64,000 nucleotides of DNA from Dehalococcoidia bacterium (GTDB taxonomy: Bacteria; Chloroflexota; Dehalococcoidia; Plut-88900), in the NCBI GenBank assembly GCA_965249275.1, contig CBDFLQ010000007.1:96001-160000 (forward strand). Direction: 5' to 3'. The notes beneath the pieces were generated by a model. That model was not told the DNA's origin, made no database searches, and worked only from the letters and a program-made list of their open reading frames with translations. The position numbers and the translations under genes were made by a program. This document shows, piece by piece, positions 38,135 to 48,466 of this stretch (position 1 is its first letter; each line of letters starts with the position of its first letter).

Positions 38135-39682
38135 ATGAGATACGACCATATAATTGTTGGCGCTGGCTCGGCAGGCGCTGCCCTCGCCGCCCGACTCACC
38201 GAAGACCCCGACCGCTCCGTTCTCCTCCTCGAAGCTGGCGGCGACTACCCCGAGTTCGAGCGCATTCCCGAGGAGGTCAGACTGGCCTACGGCAGCAAGG
38301 TGCCCATCTGGGACAGCGACCACATCTGGAATTTCAGCGCCCGTGCCACCGACCTTGCACGCATAGACATTCCCCGCGGCAAGATCACTGGCGGCTCCAG
38401 CGGAGTCAACGGCGCCCAGTTCCTCAGGGGTGTCCGGGAGGACTACGACCGATGGGCTGAGTGGGGCAACGAAGAATGGTCCTTCGAAAACGTGTTCCCC
38501 TACTTCAAGCGCATGGAGGCCGATCAGGATTTCCGTGACGAGTTCCACGGCAACGACGGCCCAATAATGGCCCGCCGCTACCCCGAGGACGAGTGGCCGC
38601 CCCACGCCCATGCCTTCTACCAGGCCTGCCGTGACGCCGGCTTTCCAGACTGCCCCGACCACAACCGCACAGACTCCACGGGCGTCGGTCCCCTGACCTT
38701 TAACATCATCGATGGCGTGAGGATGAGTACTGCCATCGGCTATCTGAATCCTACCCGGCACCGCCTCAATCTGACTGTCAGACCCCAGTGTCATGTCCAC
38801 GGCATCATCTTCGATGGCAACCGGGCAGCCGGTTTGCTTGTCATAAGCGGGCGAGAGATGTTCTCAGTATATGGAGACGAAATCATCCTCTGCGCCGGAG
38901 CCGTGGGCACCCCACACATCCTGCTGCTCTCGGGCATTGGACCTGGAGACCAGTTAAGGAATCTAGGCATTCCGGTGGTCCAGGACTTGCCGGGCGTTGG
39001 CCGAAACCTTAGAGACCACCCGGATGTGCCCCTGTGCTGGTACACGAAGGAGGATTACCCTCTGAACATCGATCAGGTCACCTCCGGCACGGTGACCCTG
39101 AGGCACACGGCCCCGGGATCGCCCTTCGTGAACGACATGATCCTGTACGTCGGCAACTATTTGGCAGCGAGACCCTTCAGGGGCCTGGACGAGAAGGCCC
39201 CCGTCGGCGTCGGAGTCAGCCAATGCCTCTACCTGGCCTTGAGCGAGGGCGAGCTCAGGCTCCAGTCCACCGACCCGCGCCAGCAGCCCATCCTCGACTA
39301 CAACCTCCTCGACGACCCATTCGACCTGAAGCGCATGCGGGATGGCCTTAGGCTCTGCAATGAGCTATTCAGCCACGACGCATTCAGTGACATCGTCGAG
39401 AGCCGTACCGCCCCTTCGGACGAAGTCTTGGATTCCGACACTCTCCTGGATGAGTGGATGAAGACCGAGGTTGTAACGGCCCACCACATCTCCAGCACCT
39501 GCAAAATGGGCCCTTCCAGCGATCCCCTCGCCGTCTGCGACCAGTACGGCAAGGTCTACGGCGTCGATGGCCTCCGCATTGTGGACGCCTCCATCATGCC
39601 CGACACCGTACGCGCCAACCTCAACGTCACCGTCATTACAATGGGCGAAAAGGTCGCCGACTTCATAAAACAGGGCCGCTAA
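38135..39682 (+). CDS. GMC-family oxidoreductase (choline dehydrogenase/MftG-like), paralog 1
   Basis: IIVGAGSAG, RGKITGGSSGVN, GVGRNLRDHP, HHISSTCKMG, LRIVDASIMP; AAGGAG RBS. Confidence 0.92.
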   Translation: MRYDHIIVGAGSAGAALAARLTEDPDRSVLLLEAGGDYPEFERIPEEVRLAYGSKVPIWDSDHIWNFSARATDLARIDIPRGKITGGSSGVNGAQFLRGVREDYDRWAEWGNEEWSFENVFPYFKRMEADQDFRDEFHGNDGPIMARRYPEDEWPPHAHAFYQACRDAGFPDCPDHNRTDSTGVGPLTFNIIDGVRMSTAIGYLNPTRHRLNLTVRPQCHVHGIIFDGNRAAGLLVISGREMFSVYGDEIILCAGAVGTPHILLLSGIGPGDQLRNLGIPVVQDLPGVGRNLRDHPDVPLCWYTKEDYPLNIDQVTSGTVTLRHTAPGSPFVNDMILYVGNYLAARPFRGLDEKAPVGVGVSQCLYLALSEGELRLQSTDPRQQPILDYNLLDDPFDLKRMRDGLRLCNELFSHDAFSDIVESRTAPSDEVLDSDTLLDEWMKTEVVTAHHISSTCKMGPSSDPLAVCDQYGKVYGVDGLRIVDASIMPDTVRANLNVTVITMGEKVADFIKQGR

Positions 39683-39828
39683 GCCCATCTATTCGACGGA
39701 TCTCGTTTACCCTGTCATTCCGAGGCTCCGCGGGGAATCTAAGGCGTATATCGCACCTCTCTACTCCTGTCCTTCGCCAACGAGGACTGAAGAACTGGGG
39801 ACGCCACCCCTCAAGAAAGGACCACACC

Positions 39829-41373
39829 ATGAAATACGACCACATCATAGTAGGCGCAGGCTCCGCCGGAGCGACCCTCGCCGCCCGACTCACCGAAGAC
39901 CCCGACCGCTCCGTCCTCCTCCTCGAAGCCGGCAGCGACTTCCCGGAATTCGAGCGTATTCCTGAAGAGGTTAGGCTGGCCTACGGCGGCAGGACTATTT
40001 ACGACTCCGAGCACATCTGGAACTTCAGCGCTCGCGCAACCTCCAAGGCCCACATGGACATCCCGCGCGGCAAGATCACCGGCGGGTCCAGTTCCGTCAA
40101 CGACGCCCAGTTCCTCCGCGGCGTCCGCGAGGACTACGACCGATGGGCGGAATGGGGCAACGACCAGTGGTCCTTCGACAACGTCTTCCCCTATTTCAAA
40201 CGCATGGAGGCCGACCAGGACTTCCGAGACGAATTCCACGGCAATGACGGCCCCATCATGTGCCGCCGTCATCCCGAGGATGAGTGGCCGCCCCACCAGC
40301 AGGCCTTCTACGAGGCTGCCCGAGACAAGGGCTTCCCACACTGCCCCGACCACAACCGCACCGACAGCACTGGCGTCGGCCCCCTCGCCTTCAACATCAT
40401 AGACCGCGTCCGGATGAGTACCGCCCTCGGCTACCTGAACCCCGCCCGTCACCGACTCAACCTCACCATCCGACCCAATTGCCTGGTCCACGGCATCATA
40501 TTCGATGGCAACCGGGCCGCTGGTCTGCTTGTCATAAGCGGTAAAGAGATGTTTTACGTCTACGCTGATGAGATCACTCTCTGCGCTGGGGCCGTCGGCA
40601 CGCCTCACATTCTCCTCCTCTCCGGGGTCGGGCCCGCCGACCAGCTTGACTCCTTCGGCATTCCCGTTGTCCAGGACCTTCCGGGGGTCGGTCACAACCT
40701 CCGCGACCACCCTTACGTTCCCTTGTGTTACCTGACCAAGCCCGACTACCCCCTGGACCTCCCCACCCCCGCTTCGGGCGCGGTCACCCTACGCTACACC
40801 GCCTCCGGCTCCCCTTTCGTCAACGACATGATCATTTACATGGGCAACTACGCCGCCAGGCGGCCTTCCAGGGGCCTCGATGACAAAGACCCGATCGGTA
40901 TCGGAGTTGGTCCCGCCCTTTACCTGGCCGTCAGCCAGGGCGAGCTCCGACTCCAGTCCACCAACCCCCGACAGCAGCCAGTCCTCGACTACAACCTTCT
41001 CGACGACCCCTTCGACCGTCAACGAATGCGCGAATGCCTCAGGCTCACCGACTCCCTTTTCCAACACTCCGCATTCTCCGACATCGTCGACAGGCGCAAC
41101 GCCCTCTCCGACGAGGCACTCAATGACGACGACCTCCTGGACGACTTCATGCTCCACGAGGTCATGACCGCCCACCACATCTCCAGCACCTGCAAGATGG
41201 GCCCTTCCAGCGATCCCCTAGCCGTCTGTGACCAGTACGGCAAAGTCTACGGTCTCGATGGCCTCCGCATCGTCGACGCCTCCATCATGCCCGACACCGT
41301 CCGTGCCAACCTCAACGTCACCGTAATGACCATGGGCGAAAAAGTCGCCGACTTCATCAAACAGGGTAACTAG
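39829..41373 (+). CDS. GMC-family oxidoreductase, tandem paralog 2
   Basis: Same motifs, colinear with paralog 1; start MKYDHII after GAAAGGA. Confidence 0.92.
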   Translation: MKYDHIIVGAGSAGATLAARLTEDPDRSVLLLEAGSDFPEFERIPEEVRLAYGGRTIYDSEHIWNFSARATSKAHMDIPRGKITGGSSSVNDAQFLRGVREDYDRWAEWGNDQWSFDNVFPYFKRMEADQDFRDEFHGNDGPIMCRRHPEDEWPPHQQAFYEAARDKGFPHCPDHNRTDSTGVGPLAFNIIDRVRMSTALGYLNPARHRLNLTIRPNCLVHGIIFDGNRAAGLLVISGKEMFYVYADEITLCAGAVGTPHILLLSGVGPADQLDSFGIPVVQDLPGVGHNLRDHPYVPLCYLTKPDYPLDLPTPASGAVTLRYTASGSPFVNDMIIYMGNYAARRPSRGLDDKDPIGIGVGPALYLAVSQGELRLQSTNPRQQPVLDYNLLDDPFDRQRMRECLRLTDSLFQHSAFSDIVDRRNALSDEALNDDDLLDDFMLHEVMTAHHISSTCKMGPSSDPLAVCDQYGKVYGLDGLRIVDASIMPDTVRANLNVTVMTMGEKVADFIKQGN

Positions 41374-41403
41374 CTACTATGGCCATTGCGAACCCCATTC
41401 CCC

Positions 41404-41437
41404 TCATCCCCTCCCCACAAACGGCATCTTCGTAGCC
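41404..41437 (-). repeat. Orphan copy of the SDR gene 3' end (partner 42831-42864)
   Basis: 30 identical bp CCCCTCCCCACAAACGGCATCTTCGTAGCC; encodes [10 protein letters not shown] in both copies (GGA TGA vs GGT TAA). Confidence 0.9.
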
Positions 41438-42187
41438 TACCCCCCATTCCGTGCCTAAAACACAGGTGGGGGGTCTCTTGTCCCTAGTATTTCCCTAGAA
41501 ATCATCCCTAGCCCTTTTTGGGCCTTTACGCGAATTGGCCCTCCCCCCGGCGTCCCAAGCCATGCCGCAAATCGTCGAAACCTACAGACGGCGCCGGTCG
41601 GGTTTCGATACCAGGCGGTCGGTCGATGAACGGGGGAGAGGGCCAACTCTCCAAAACAAGGGGAGGGGGCCGCTATCAACTGCCCTCCCCGCGATCATTC
41701 TACACGATAGACCGGCAATCGCGATAGACCGGACAACCTTTTCCCCACCCGCAACCCCGGCATAGGCGGAACAATCAGACGGGGAAAGGTAAACGTTGAT
41801 ATCGCCGCCTTGCTAGCGAGTCTAAACAATGAGCAAGGCAAATGGGATTCTCAGTAATGGGAATGGAGAAAATATGATGGGTTGTACCAGCCGGAAGCAG
41901 GGGGGATTCCCCCATGGGTAGGGATGGGTGGGGCATGTCCTGGGGTATGGAATCCGGTACGGGGCCATACCCCATCCCCTCAACTCCTTCATCTTCAGCT
42001 CCCCAGCCCGTATAGGAGCCAAACGTGCCGGTCACTCCCTGTCACAATCGTCGCGGCCTCTTGTGCAGTGAAAACAAGTCGCGGCAAGGATTGAGTTTGC
42101 TGGCGTGAATCCATACCCGCCATTTTCAGCACTCACCACAGGGTGGGCAATGGCGTCCGCGCACCCGGTTTGCTGAACGTGTCAATA

Positions 42188-42577
42188 TCAGTTGAACAAT
42201 GACGTTAACAACACTGTAACTAGAGAACCTACCGCTGCGCTAACGAGGCTAGTACATACCATTGTCAAAACTGGGCTATTGCGTTTCAGTCTTGCGAGGT
42301 ACCGGTGTTCCAATTCATAAAGCCGGTCTTCGCCCTCGGGCGTTATTCCTTGGGCAGTCAGATTCACAACCTCGCCTCCATTCTTAGTGAAAGGTAGTAA
42401 ATAGCCCGCGTCTACGAGAAACCTAAAGGTGGTGATAAGTTGGTCTATTTCGTGTCTTTTGACGTATGTCCTGTTTAACCATTGCACCCCCTCCGAAGAA
42501 TCCCCGGCGTAAAGCATAATGCTCCCGTGGTCTCTGACTACCCTCAAAATGTCTAGTTCGGTGTTCCTCTTTGGCAT
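42188..42577 (-). CDS. Hypothetical protein (winged-helix-like N-terminus, C-terminal TM), lower GC
   Basis: 129 aa; FLVDAGYL...ITPEGEDRL; hydrophobic C-terminus; lies inside the repeat-bounded segment. Confidence 0.65.
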   Translation of the reverse strand: MPKRNTELDILRVVRDHGSIMLYAGDSSEGVQWLNRTYVKRHEIDQLITTFRFLVDAGYLLPFTKNGGEVVNLTAQGITPEGEDRLYELEHRYLARLKRNSPVLTMVCTSLVSAAVGSLVTVLLTSLFN

Positions 42578-42830
42578 AATTCTCTCGACGATTCTCTGCT
42601 GTTCCTAGGTCATTTTTGTCCTGTTCTTCAAAGGGCCCCCCGGAATGGCGTTACCGGAGGGCCTTCTAGGTCTTTTGGTATGCCTAGCTTGTGACCCAAA
42701 GGGGGCAGTCGAAGGGCAAGAATCAATTGCCCCTCAAATTATAATCGCACCCCACACCCCGCTGGCTGATTGAAGCTCACGAGGGGTCGGGCGAGGCTGG
42801 GTTATCATCGAAGATTGCCGAGCAGAAATA

Positions 42831-43589
42831 TTAACCCCTCCCCACAAACGGCATCTTCGTAGCCATGATGTTCATGAAAAGCACGTTGGTGTCCAATGGC
42901 AGATTCGCAATGAAAAGCACAGCCTCCGCCACCTTCTCCACATCAAAGGTCGGCTCCACCATCCGGCTCCCGTCCGGCTGAGGCACCCCCTTCGACATCT
43001 TCGCAGTCATCTCCGTCACCGCGTTGCCAATGTCTATCTGGCTGCAGGCGATGTCGTATTTCCTCCCGTCCAGAGCCGTCGATTTCGTCAATCCCACCAT
43101 CCCGTGCTTTGTAGCCGTGTAAGGCGCGGAGTTTGGCCTCGGGGTCTGGGCGGATATCGACCCGTTGTTGATTATCCGACCCCCCATCGGCGTCTGCTCC
43201 TTCATCATCCTGAACGCCTCCTGCGTGCAGAGGAATGGCCCCGTGAGGTTTGCATCGACTACCGTCTTCCACTGCTCATAGGTCAGGTCTTCCAGCGGGC
43301 GCCCCGGGGCCCCGACCCCCGCGTTGTTAAATAGCACGTCCAGCCGCCCGAATGCCTCCTTCGTCTTGGCAAACAACTCCCTAACCGCTTCCGGGTCTCC
43401 TACGTCTGTCCTCACCACTATGGCATTCTTCTCCTCTTCTCCTACCTGTTCCCGCGTCTTCTCCAACAGTTCCGCCCGACGTCCGGCCAGCGCTACCGAC
43501 CAACCGTCGTTCAGCAACGCCAATGCACTGCTCTTCCCGATTCCCGTCCCCGCACCCGTGATTATCGCGACCTTGCCCGTGGAACTCAT
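42831..43589 (-). CDS. Short-chain dehydrogenase/reductase
   Basis: [24 protein letters not shown]. Confidence 0.93.
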   Translation of the reverse strand: MSSTGKVAIITGAGTGIGKSSALALLNDGWSVALAGRRAELLEKTREQVGEEEKNAIVVRTDVGDPEAVRELFAKTKEAFGRLDVLFNNAGVGAPGRPLEDLTYEQWKTVVDANLTGPFLCTQEAFRMMKEQTPMGGRIINNGSISAQTPRPNSAPYTATKHGMVGLTKSTALDGRKYDIACSQIDIGNAVTEMTAKMSKGVPQPDGSRMVEPTFDVEKVAEAVLFIANLPLDTNVLFMNIMATKMPFVGRG

Positions 43590-43707
43590 TTACATAACCT
43601 CCGAAGTTAGCCTTGTGAAACGACATAACGATAGAACTGGCTGTTTGCCATCTCCGACTGCCGACGATAGTATATCCGCAAGCCGAATCCCTTTCGAGGA
43701 GCGCAAC

Positions 43708-44859
43708 ATGAACGATTCCATCACCTACGTCGATGTCGACGGCCACATCCTCGAACCACCCAACATGTGGCTCGACTACATAGAGCCCGAGTACCGTGAC
43801 GGCGCCGTCCAGATTCTACTCGACGATAAGGGCCTGGAATATCTGAGCGTCGCCGGGGCGACCTCATGGTTCATGCAGGGTGGTGTCCTCGGCAACATTG
43901 CCGGCATTGGACAGGACGTCCGGGAGCACCTAACGCCCGGCTCCATCACCTACGAAGAGTCCCTGCTCCCCGGCGGCTATGACCCCCACGAGCGTATCAA
44001 GATCATGAACGAGGAGGGCATCGACGTCTCGATCCTCTACCCCTCCCTGGGCCTCTGCTGGGAAGACGTATGTTCCGACCCCAAGCTCGCCGCCGCCAAC
44101 TGCCGCGCCTATAACAACTGGATGATCGACTTCTGTCGCCCCTATCCCGACCGTCTCCACGCCGCCGCCCACATCCCCGCCCTGGACGTCGAGGAAGCGG
44201 TGAAGGAGCTTAGGAGGGTGGCAGGTCTGGGCGTCAGGTCGGCCATGCTGATCTCCGCCGCCCCCGACGGCCTCGCTTTCGGCAACCCACGCTTTGATCC
44301 CCTCTGGGCCGAGGCCCAGGAGATCGGCATCCCCATCTCCTTCCACCCCACCGGCAGCTTCACGTCCATCGGAAACCGCTTCTACCCCACCCCCGAAGAT
44401 TCATCGGTCTGGTGGGTCTACGTCGTCGCCTCCGACGAAGTCAAATACCAGTACACGTCCCTGCTCGGCGACGGCGTCCTGGAGAAATTCCCGGAACTCA
44501 AAATCGTCTTACTGGAGTCGGGGGTCGGGTGGCTCGCCTTCTGGATCGACCGCATGGACCAGAAATACGAGGTCAACGGCTTCACAACTCCTATGAAGAT
44601 GCTGCTCAGCGAGTATTTCCAGAGGCAGACCTGGATTGCCATAGAACCCGACGAACGCCTGGCCCAATTCAGCATCGAAACCCTCGGCGCGGACAAGTTC
44701 TTCTGGGCCTACGACTATCCTCACTCGGACTCAGTGACCGAGCCGCTCAGCAAGCTAAAGGAAACCCTAGCCCCCCTCCCCGAAGCCTCCCAGCGCATGG
44801 TCGCCGGCGAAAACGCCATCACCCTCTACGATCTTAAGGTGGGGGCAATACAAAGCTAA
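43708..44859 (+). CDS. Amidohydrolase-2 family protein
   Basis: DVDGHILEP, EGIDVSILYPS, SFHP, LESGVGW, DYPHSD; GAGGAG RBS before ATG 43708. Confidence 0.9.
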   Translation: MNDSITYVDVDGHILEPPNMWLDYIEPEYRDGAVQILLDDKGLEYLSVAGATSWFMQGGVLGNIAGIGQDVREHLTPGSITYEESLLPGGYDPHERIKIMNEEGIDVSILYPSLGLCWEDVCSDPKLAAANCRAYNNWMIDFCRPYPDRLHAAAHIPALDVEEAVKELRRVAGLGVRSAMLISAAPDGLAFGNPRFDPLWAEAQEIGIPISFHPTGSFTSIGNRFYPTPEDSSVWWVYVVASDEVKYQYTSLLGDGVLEKFPELKIVLLESGVGWLAFWIDRMDQKYEVNGFTTPMKMLLSEYFQRQTWIAIEPDERLAQFSIETLGADKFFWAYDYPHSDSVTEPLSKLKETLAPLPEASQRMVAGENAITLYDLKVGAIQS

Positions 44860-44867
44860 GCTGAGGG

Positions 44868-45851
44868 CTAGAAAATCCACTCTGTTTTCACTATAGCCAC
44901 TGGAGGAACCGAACAGCCGTACTTTACACCAATGGTTTCAGTTGATGCTTTATCGGCTGTACGGTGGGCTTTAATCAATTCTGGTATCGAGGTGCCTGAT
45001 GGTGGTTGTAGAACGATCTTCTCGATCTTGACTGAAAGTTCGTATGAGTCTGGAAATAGAGATAACCCAAACTTAGATAATCCACCCAATGTTATTACGA
45101 TGAGTTCCATCAACAATTCGGGGGGAATGTCAGATTCCTCTGGTTGCACCATATCTCTGAGTTGCGGGTGGATGCTCCGACTTCCCAAGTCATAGACCCG
45201 CAATTCTGCAATATGCCCTGTATTGTCAGCGAGGTCTTCGATTTTGGGGCGCTCCCAATAGGACCCATGAGCTTTAGGTGATTTGTTTTCAAAGTACTTC
45301 GCCCGTATGAGCCCCATCATTTACTTGGATGCTTCTAAATCGCATTTGCTGTAAGTATTTCGCAAATCAAAGTCGTTAAGACCTTTTCCAGCCCGATGAT
45401 AGACTTCTGAATAGAAGGCTTTGGCAAAGGCTTCATACTGATTATTGGTCTCGATGTGTCTGAGGGTCATCTCTCTTTCCAATAGCATCCGATAATTCGC
45501 AAATGCATCAGAAAAGCTACCCAGAGCTAATGAGAGGCAAGATAACCGTGCCAAACTAACTCCTCGAGCCATCATGCTGGTCACAGCCCATCCCTTGCTT
45601 TGGGCCACGTCGTCTGCTTGGTGTATCAGAGTTATTCCTTGCATTGTTAAATCCGAAATTAGTGCCAACTGTGTGTATTTTGGTGAGTTCCACACAGTTT
45701 TCCAGTTTTCTTCATCGACAGCCCAAGAGTTAAATACATTCATTAGCAGGTATTGCATCAAGGGAGATTCCATCATGCCGGCTAACTGCTCTTCAATTTC
45801 ATCGTTCTTTGATATGTCCATTCTCCCTTTTGATTCTTCGGATTTTCTCAT
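44868..45851 (-). pseudogene. AT-rich DUF5677-like gene split by in-frame TAA
   Basis: ORFs 45321-45851 and 44868-45320 share one frame (AAG TAA ATG). YRMLLE and YDLGSRSIHP resemble the RxxxE and YxxxSxxxH motifs; family call tentative. Confidence 0.6.
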
Positions 45852-45935
45852 TTATGTGACCTTTGAAATAAGTTCTGATTTGCCGCGGTTGCAGCATAGC
45901 ACGCGCTCTGTAATTGCCCTCGTGGTTACCAACAG

Positions 45936-46045
45936 GCAAGCTCAAAGACACCCTTGCCCCCCTCCCCGAAGCCTCCCAGCGCATGGTCGCCGGAGATAAC
46001 GCCATCGCCCTCTACGATTTAAAGGTAGGTGCCGCACGGGTTTAA
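45936..46045 (+). repeat. Orphan diverged copy of the amidohydrolase 3' end (partner 44750-44859)
   Basis: 110 bp colinear without gaps: KLKDTLAPLPEASQRMVAGDNAIALYDLKVGAARV* vs KLKETLAPLPEASQRMVAGENAITLYDLKVGAIQS*. Confidence 0.92.
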
Positions 46046-46209
46046 CGTAAGGGCAGGGCAATCCGTTCGCCCTAATGCTCTCGAAGGGTCGAGCGGGGGG
46101 AGCCCGTCAAAGGGTCTACCGAGCAGATTTGGGGGCGGGGTAATCCGTTCGCCCTGAGCCGAGTCGAAGGGTCTCCCGAACGGATGGGTGTGGGGGTACA
46201 AACCCTCCA

Positions 46210-47367
46210 CTACTCAATAAACCCGTAGAGCTTACCCGCATTCGTACGAGTGATCTTTTCCCGTGCCCCGGCAGGAACACCCGCCAGATTCTCCTCAATG
46301 GTGGCCAGGGAGTCGGGCCAGACGCCGTCCGGGTGCGGGTAGTCGGAGCCCCAGATGATGTTGTCCTCTCCCATAAGAGGCACCATGCCCGGATCGATGG
46401 TCTCCTTCTGGTAGGTGGAGAAGCCCTGCCTGAGCCAGAACTCGCGGGGCGTCATCGATAAGTTCAGGTGATAGAAGCGGTCCTCGTACTCATGGTCCAT
46501 CCTGTCCAGCACGTAGGGTAGCCAGCTCACCCCGCTCTCACCCAGCACGAACCTCAGCCCCGGGTGCCGATCGCACGCCCCCGAGAATATGACGCTCGCC
46601 AGGTACTCCACCCCCGATAGCTGGAACATTGTGATCCGTACCGCCTTGTATCGCCTCTCGTACTCTTCCGCCTCTTCAGGGTCCGGCTGCCGAGGCGTGA
46701 ACCCGACAGTGTGGAAGGATATCGGGGCCTGCGTCTCCTCCGCTGCTTCCCATAACACGTCCCAGTCCTCGTGGTACATCGGCTTACTCGCCGAGGCCAC
46801 TGCAAAGTCCGCCCCCCGCAGTCCCAGCCCCGAGGCCCTTCTGAGCTCCGATGCCGCTTCCGCAGGATCATGGTTGGGAATGCAGGCCAGCGCCCTGAAT
46901 CGCTCGGGGTTCGACTTGCAGAAGTCCGCCGCCCAGTCATTGTAAATGCGATAGACCAGGGACATCGCCTCGGGGTCCTTTAGGTTCAGCCCGACCCCAA
47001 GGATGCCGTATATGACCTCCGCCTCCACGCCGTCCAGGTCCTGGTCCTTCGCCCTGAGCTCCGGGGTGGTTGGGTGAAACAACCCCTTTGCCCCGTCCTC
47101 GTAGAAGCCCAGCGATATCATCCGGTCCAACCGTTTGGACCAGCCCTTCTCCACTTTTTCACCCGTGAACCCCAGCCCCCCGACCCCTCCCAGCTCAATC
47201 CCGTTCGCCCTCCACGATTTTCCCCGCTCGTCCTCCACCACCCGGGGCATCTTCGCCGCCATGTCGGCGGGGGCATTTGAAGCGAACAGGTCGCCCGGCA
47301 GCCAGGTCAAATCAACGTGAGAGTCCCCTGAGATAATCGTATACTCCATCGCACTCATCCCTCCCAA
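46210..47367 (-). CDS. Amidohydrolase-2 family protein
   Basis: ISGDSHV, DLDGVEAEVIY, ISFH, ESGVSW, WGSDYPHPD. Confidence 0.9.
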   Translation of the reverse strand: MGGMSAMEYTIISGDSHVDLTWLPGDLFASNAPADMAAKMPRVVEDERGKSWRANGIELGGVGGLGFTGEKVEKGWSKRLDRMISLGFYEDGAKGLFHPTTPELRAKDQDLDGVEAEVIYGILGVGLNLKDPEAMSLVYRIYNDWAADFCKSNPERFRALACIPNHDPAEAASELRRASGLGLRGADFAVASASKPMYHEDWDVLWEAAEETQAPISFHTVGFTPRQPDPEEAEEYERRYKAVRITMFQLSGVEYLASVIFSGACDRHPGLRFVLGESGVSWLPYVLDRMDHEYEDRFYHLNLSMTPREFWLRQGFSTYQKETIDPGMVPLMGEDNIIWGSDYPHPDGVWPDSLATIEENLAGVPAGAREKITRTNAGKLYGFIE

Positions 47368-47829
47368 TCGTCGCTAGTTGCCCCGCATATGTCCTAGGCC
47401 ACCACAATCCGATCCACTGGATTATATACAATCCCGCCCGAGCATACTCGTGAGCTTACAACATCATCTCCCGCAGGGGCGATTCCCGAATCGCCCTCCC
47501 CCTAACCTCAGCGAAAGTCCACCCTGACAGCTTAAAGAACGCGTGGAATATCGTGGGAGGGGAAGTCCAGTCCCTCCTCCCTCGATTAGACCTTTGCATA
47601 ACCTGTGTAGGAGGGACGTGGGGCCGCTCGTGCCGAGGCTCTCGAAGTATGAGCGGGGGTGTTAGGCGATCTGGACAGAACGACATGTGAGATCTGCAGC
47701 TACACAAAGCTCCCCCGGTCGGCCGCGGGTGCGCCTCTGTCGCGAAGGGATTGAGGGGGAGGGTGTTTCGAGAACCCCAATCAGAACCATTCGCAGCCGC
47801 GCATCGGCCTCATGGGGAAAAGGGGTGAT

Positions 47830-47880
47830 AAAAAAGAAGAGAAAAAGAAGGGGCCTCTCCCGACACGAGAAGCCCTCTTC
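47830..47880 (-). terminator. Intrinsic terminator of the RRM gene
   Basis: Minus-strand GGGCTTCTC/GAGAGGCCC stem followed by a long T-rich tract. Confidence 0.75.
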
Positions 47881-47905
47881 AATTAGCGGTCAGTTAGGGG
47901 TTTGG

Positions 47906-48184
47906 TTACCAGGAACGTCGGTTGTTCGAAGGCGCACGGTTGGCCCGGGGCCTCGCTTCGTTTACTGTCACGTTGCGACCGTCGATTGCGGTGCCGTTCA
48001 GCCCTTCGATAGCTGACCTTGCGGCAGAGTCGTCACCAATTTCAACGAAACCGAAGCCGCGGGAACGGCCCGTCTCCCTGTCCGTGATGACTACGGCGTC
48101 GTCGATGGTGCCGTAAGGCGCAAAGGCCTCCCTCAGATTTTCTTCCCGAGTGTCGTAGTTTAGGTTTCCTACGTAAATCTTCAT
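47906..48184 (-). CDS. RRM-domain RNA-binding protein
   Basis: IYVGNL (RNP2), RGFGFVE (RNP1), VNEARPR. Confidence 0.95.
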   Translation of the reverse strand: MKIYVGNLNYDTREENLREAFAPYGTIDDAVVITDRETGRSRGFGFVEIGDDSAARSAIEGLNGTAIDGRNVTVNEARPRANRAPSNNRRSW

Positions 48185-48466
48185 AGCGGTTCTCCTTATT
48201 TTTGTATCCGTCGATTGCTGGAGGAACCGCCGGCGCTCAGTGTGTCGGTCCGAGGGGGCAGGGGTAACTCTCGATATCTCTGGACTCCAGTATTATACAC
48301 CACATAGCAATAACGCGATCAATATCCCGGACACTGCCTCGTATTGCGCTAGTTTGCCACTCGAAAAGTGACACCATTTACTCTTTCAACATACCGGGTA
48401 CAATTGACTCCCGTGCAAAGGACTCACGAAACAAATTAACCCACACGAGATTAATAGGAGGCCCCA

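Noticed and set aside
39454-39828. N-terminal extensions in the ORF track (also 43324-43707, 17613-17714, 55364-55444, 56601-56756)
   Set aside because: They overlap neighbouring genes or repeats; RBS position and family motifs support later starts.
44750-46045. Diversity-generating retroelement TR/VR pair
   Set aside because: Mismatches are not confined to adenines of one copy, are mostly synonymous, and no reverse transcriptase is present.
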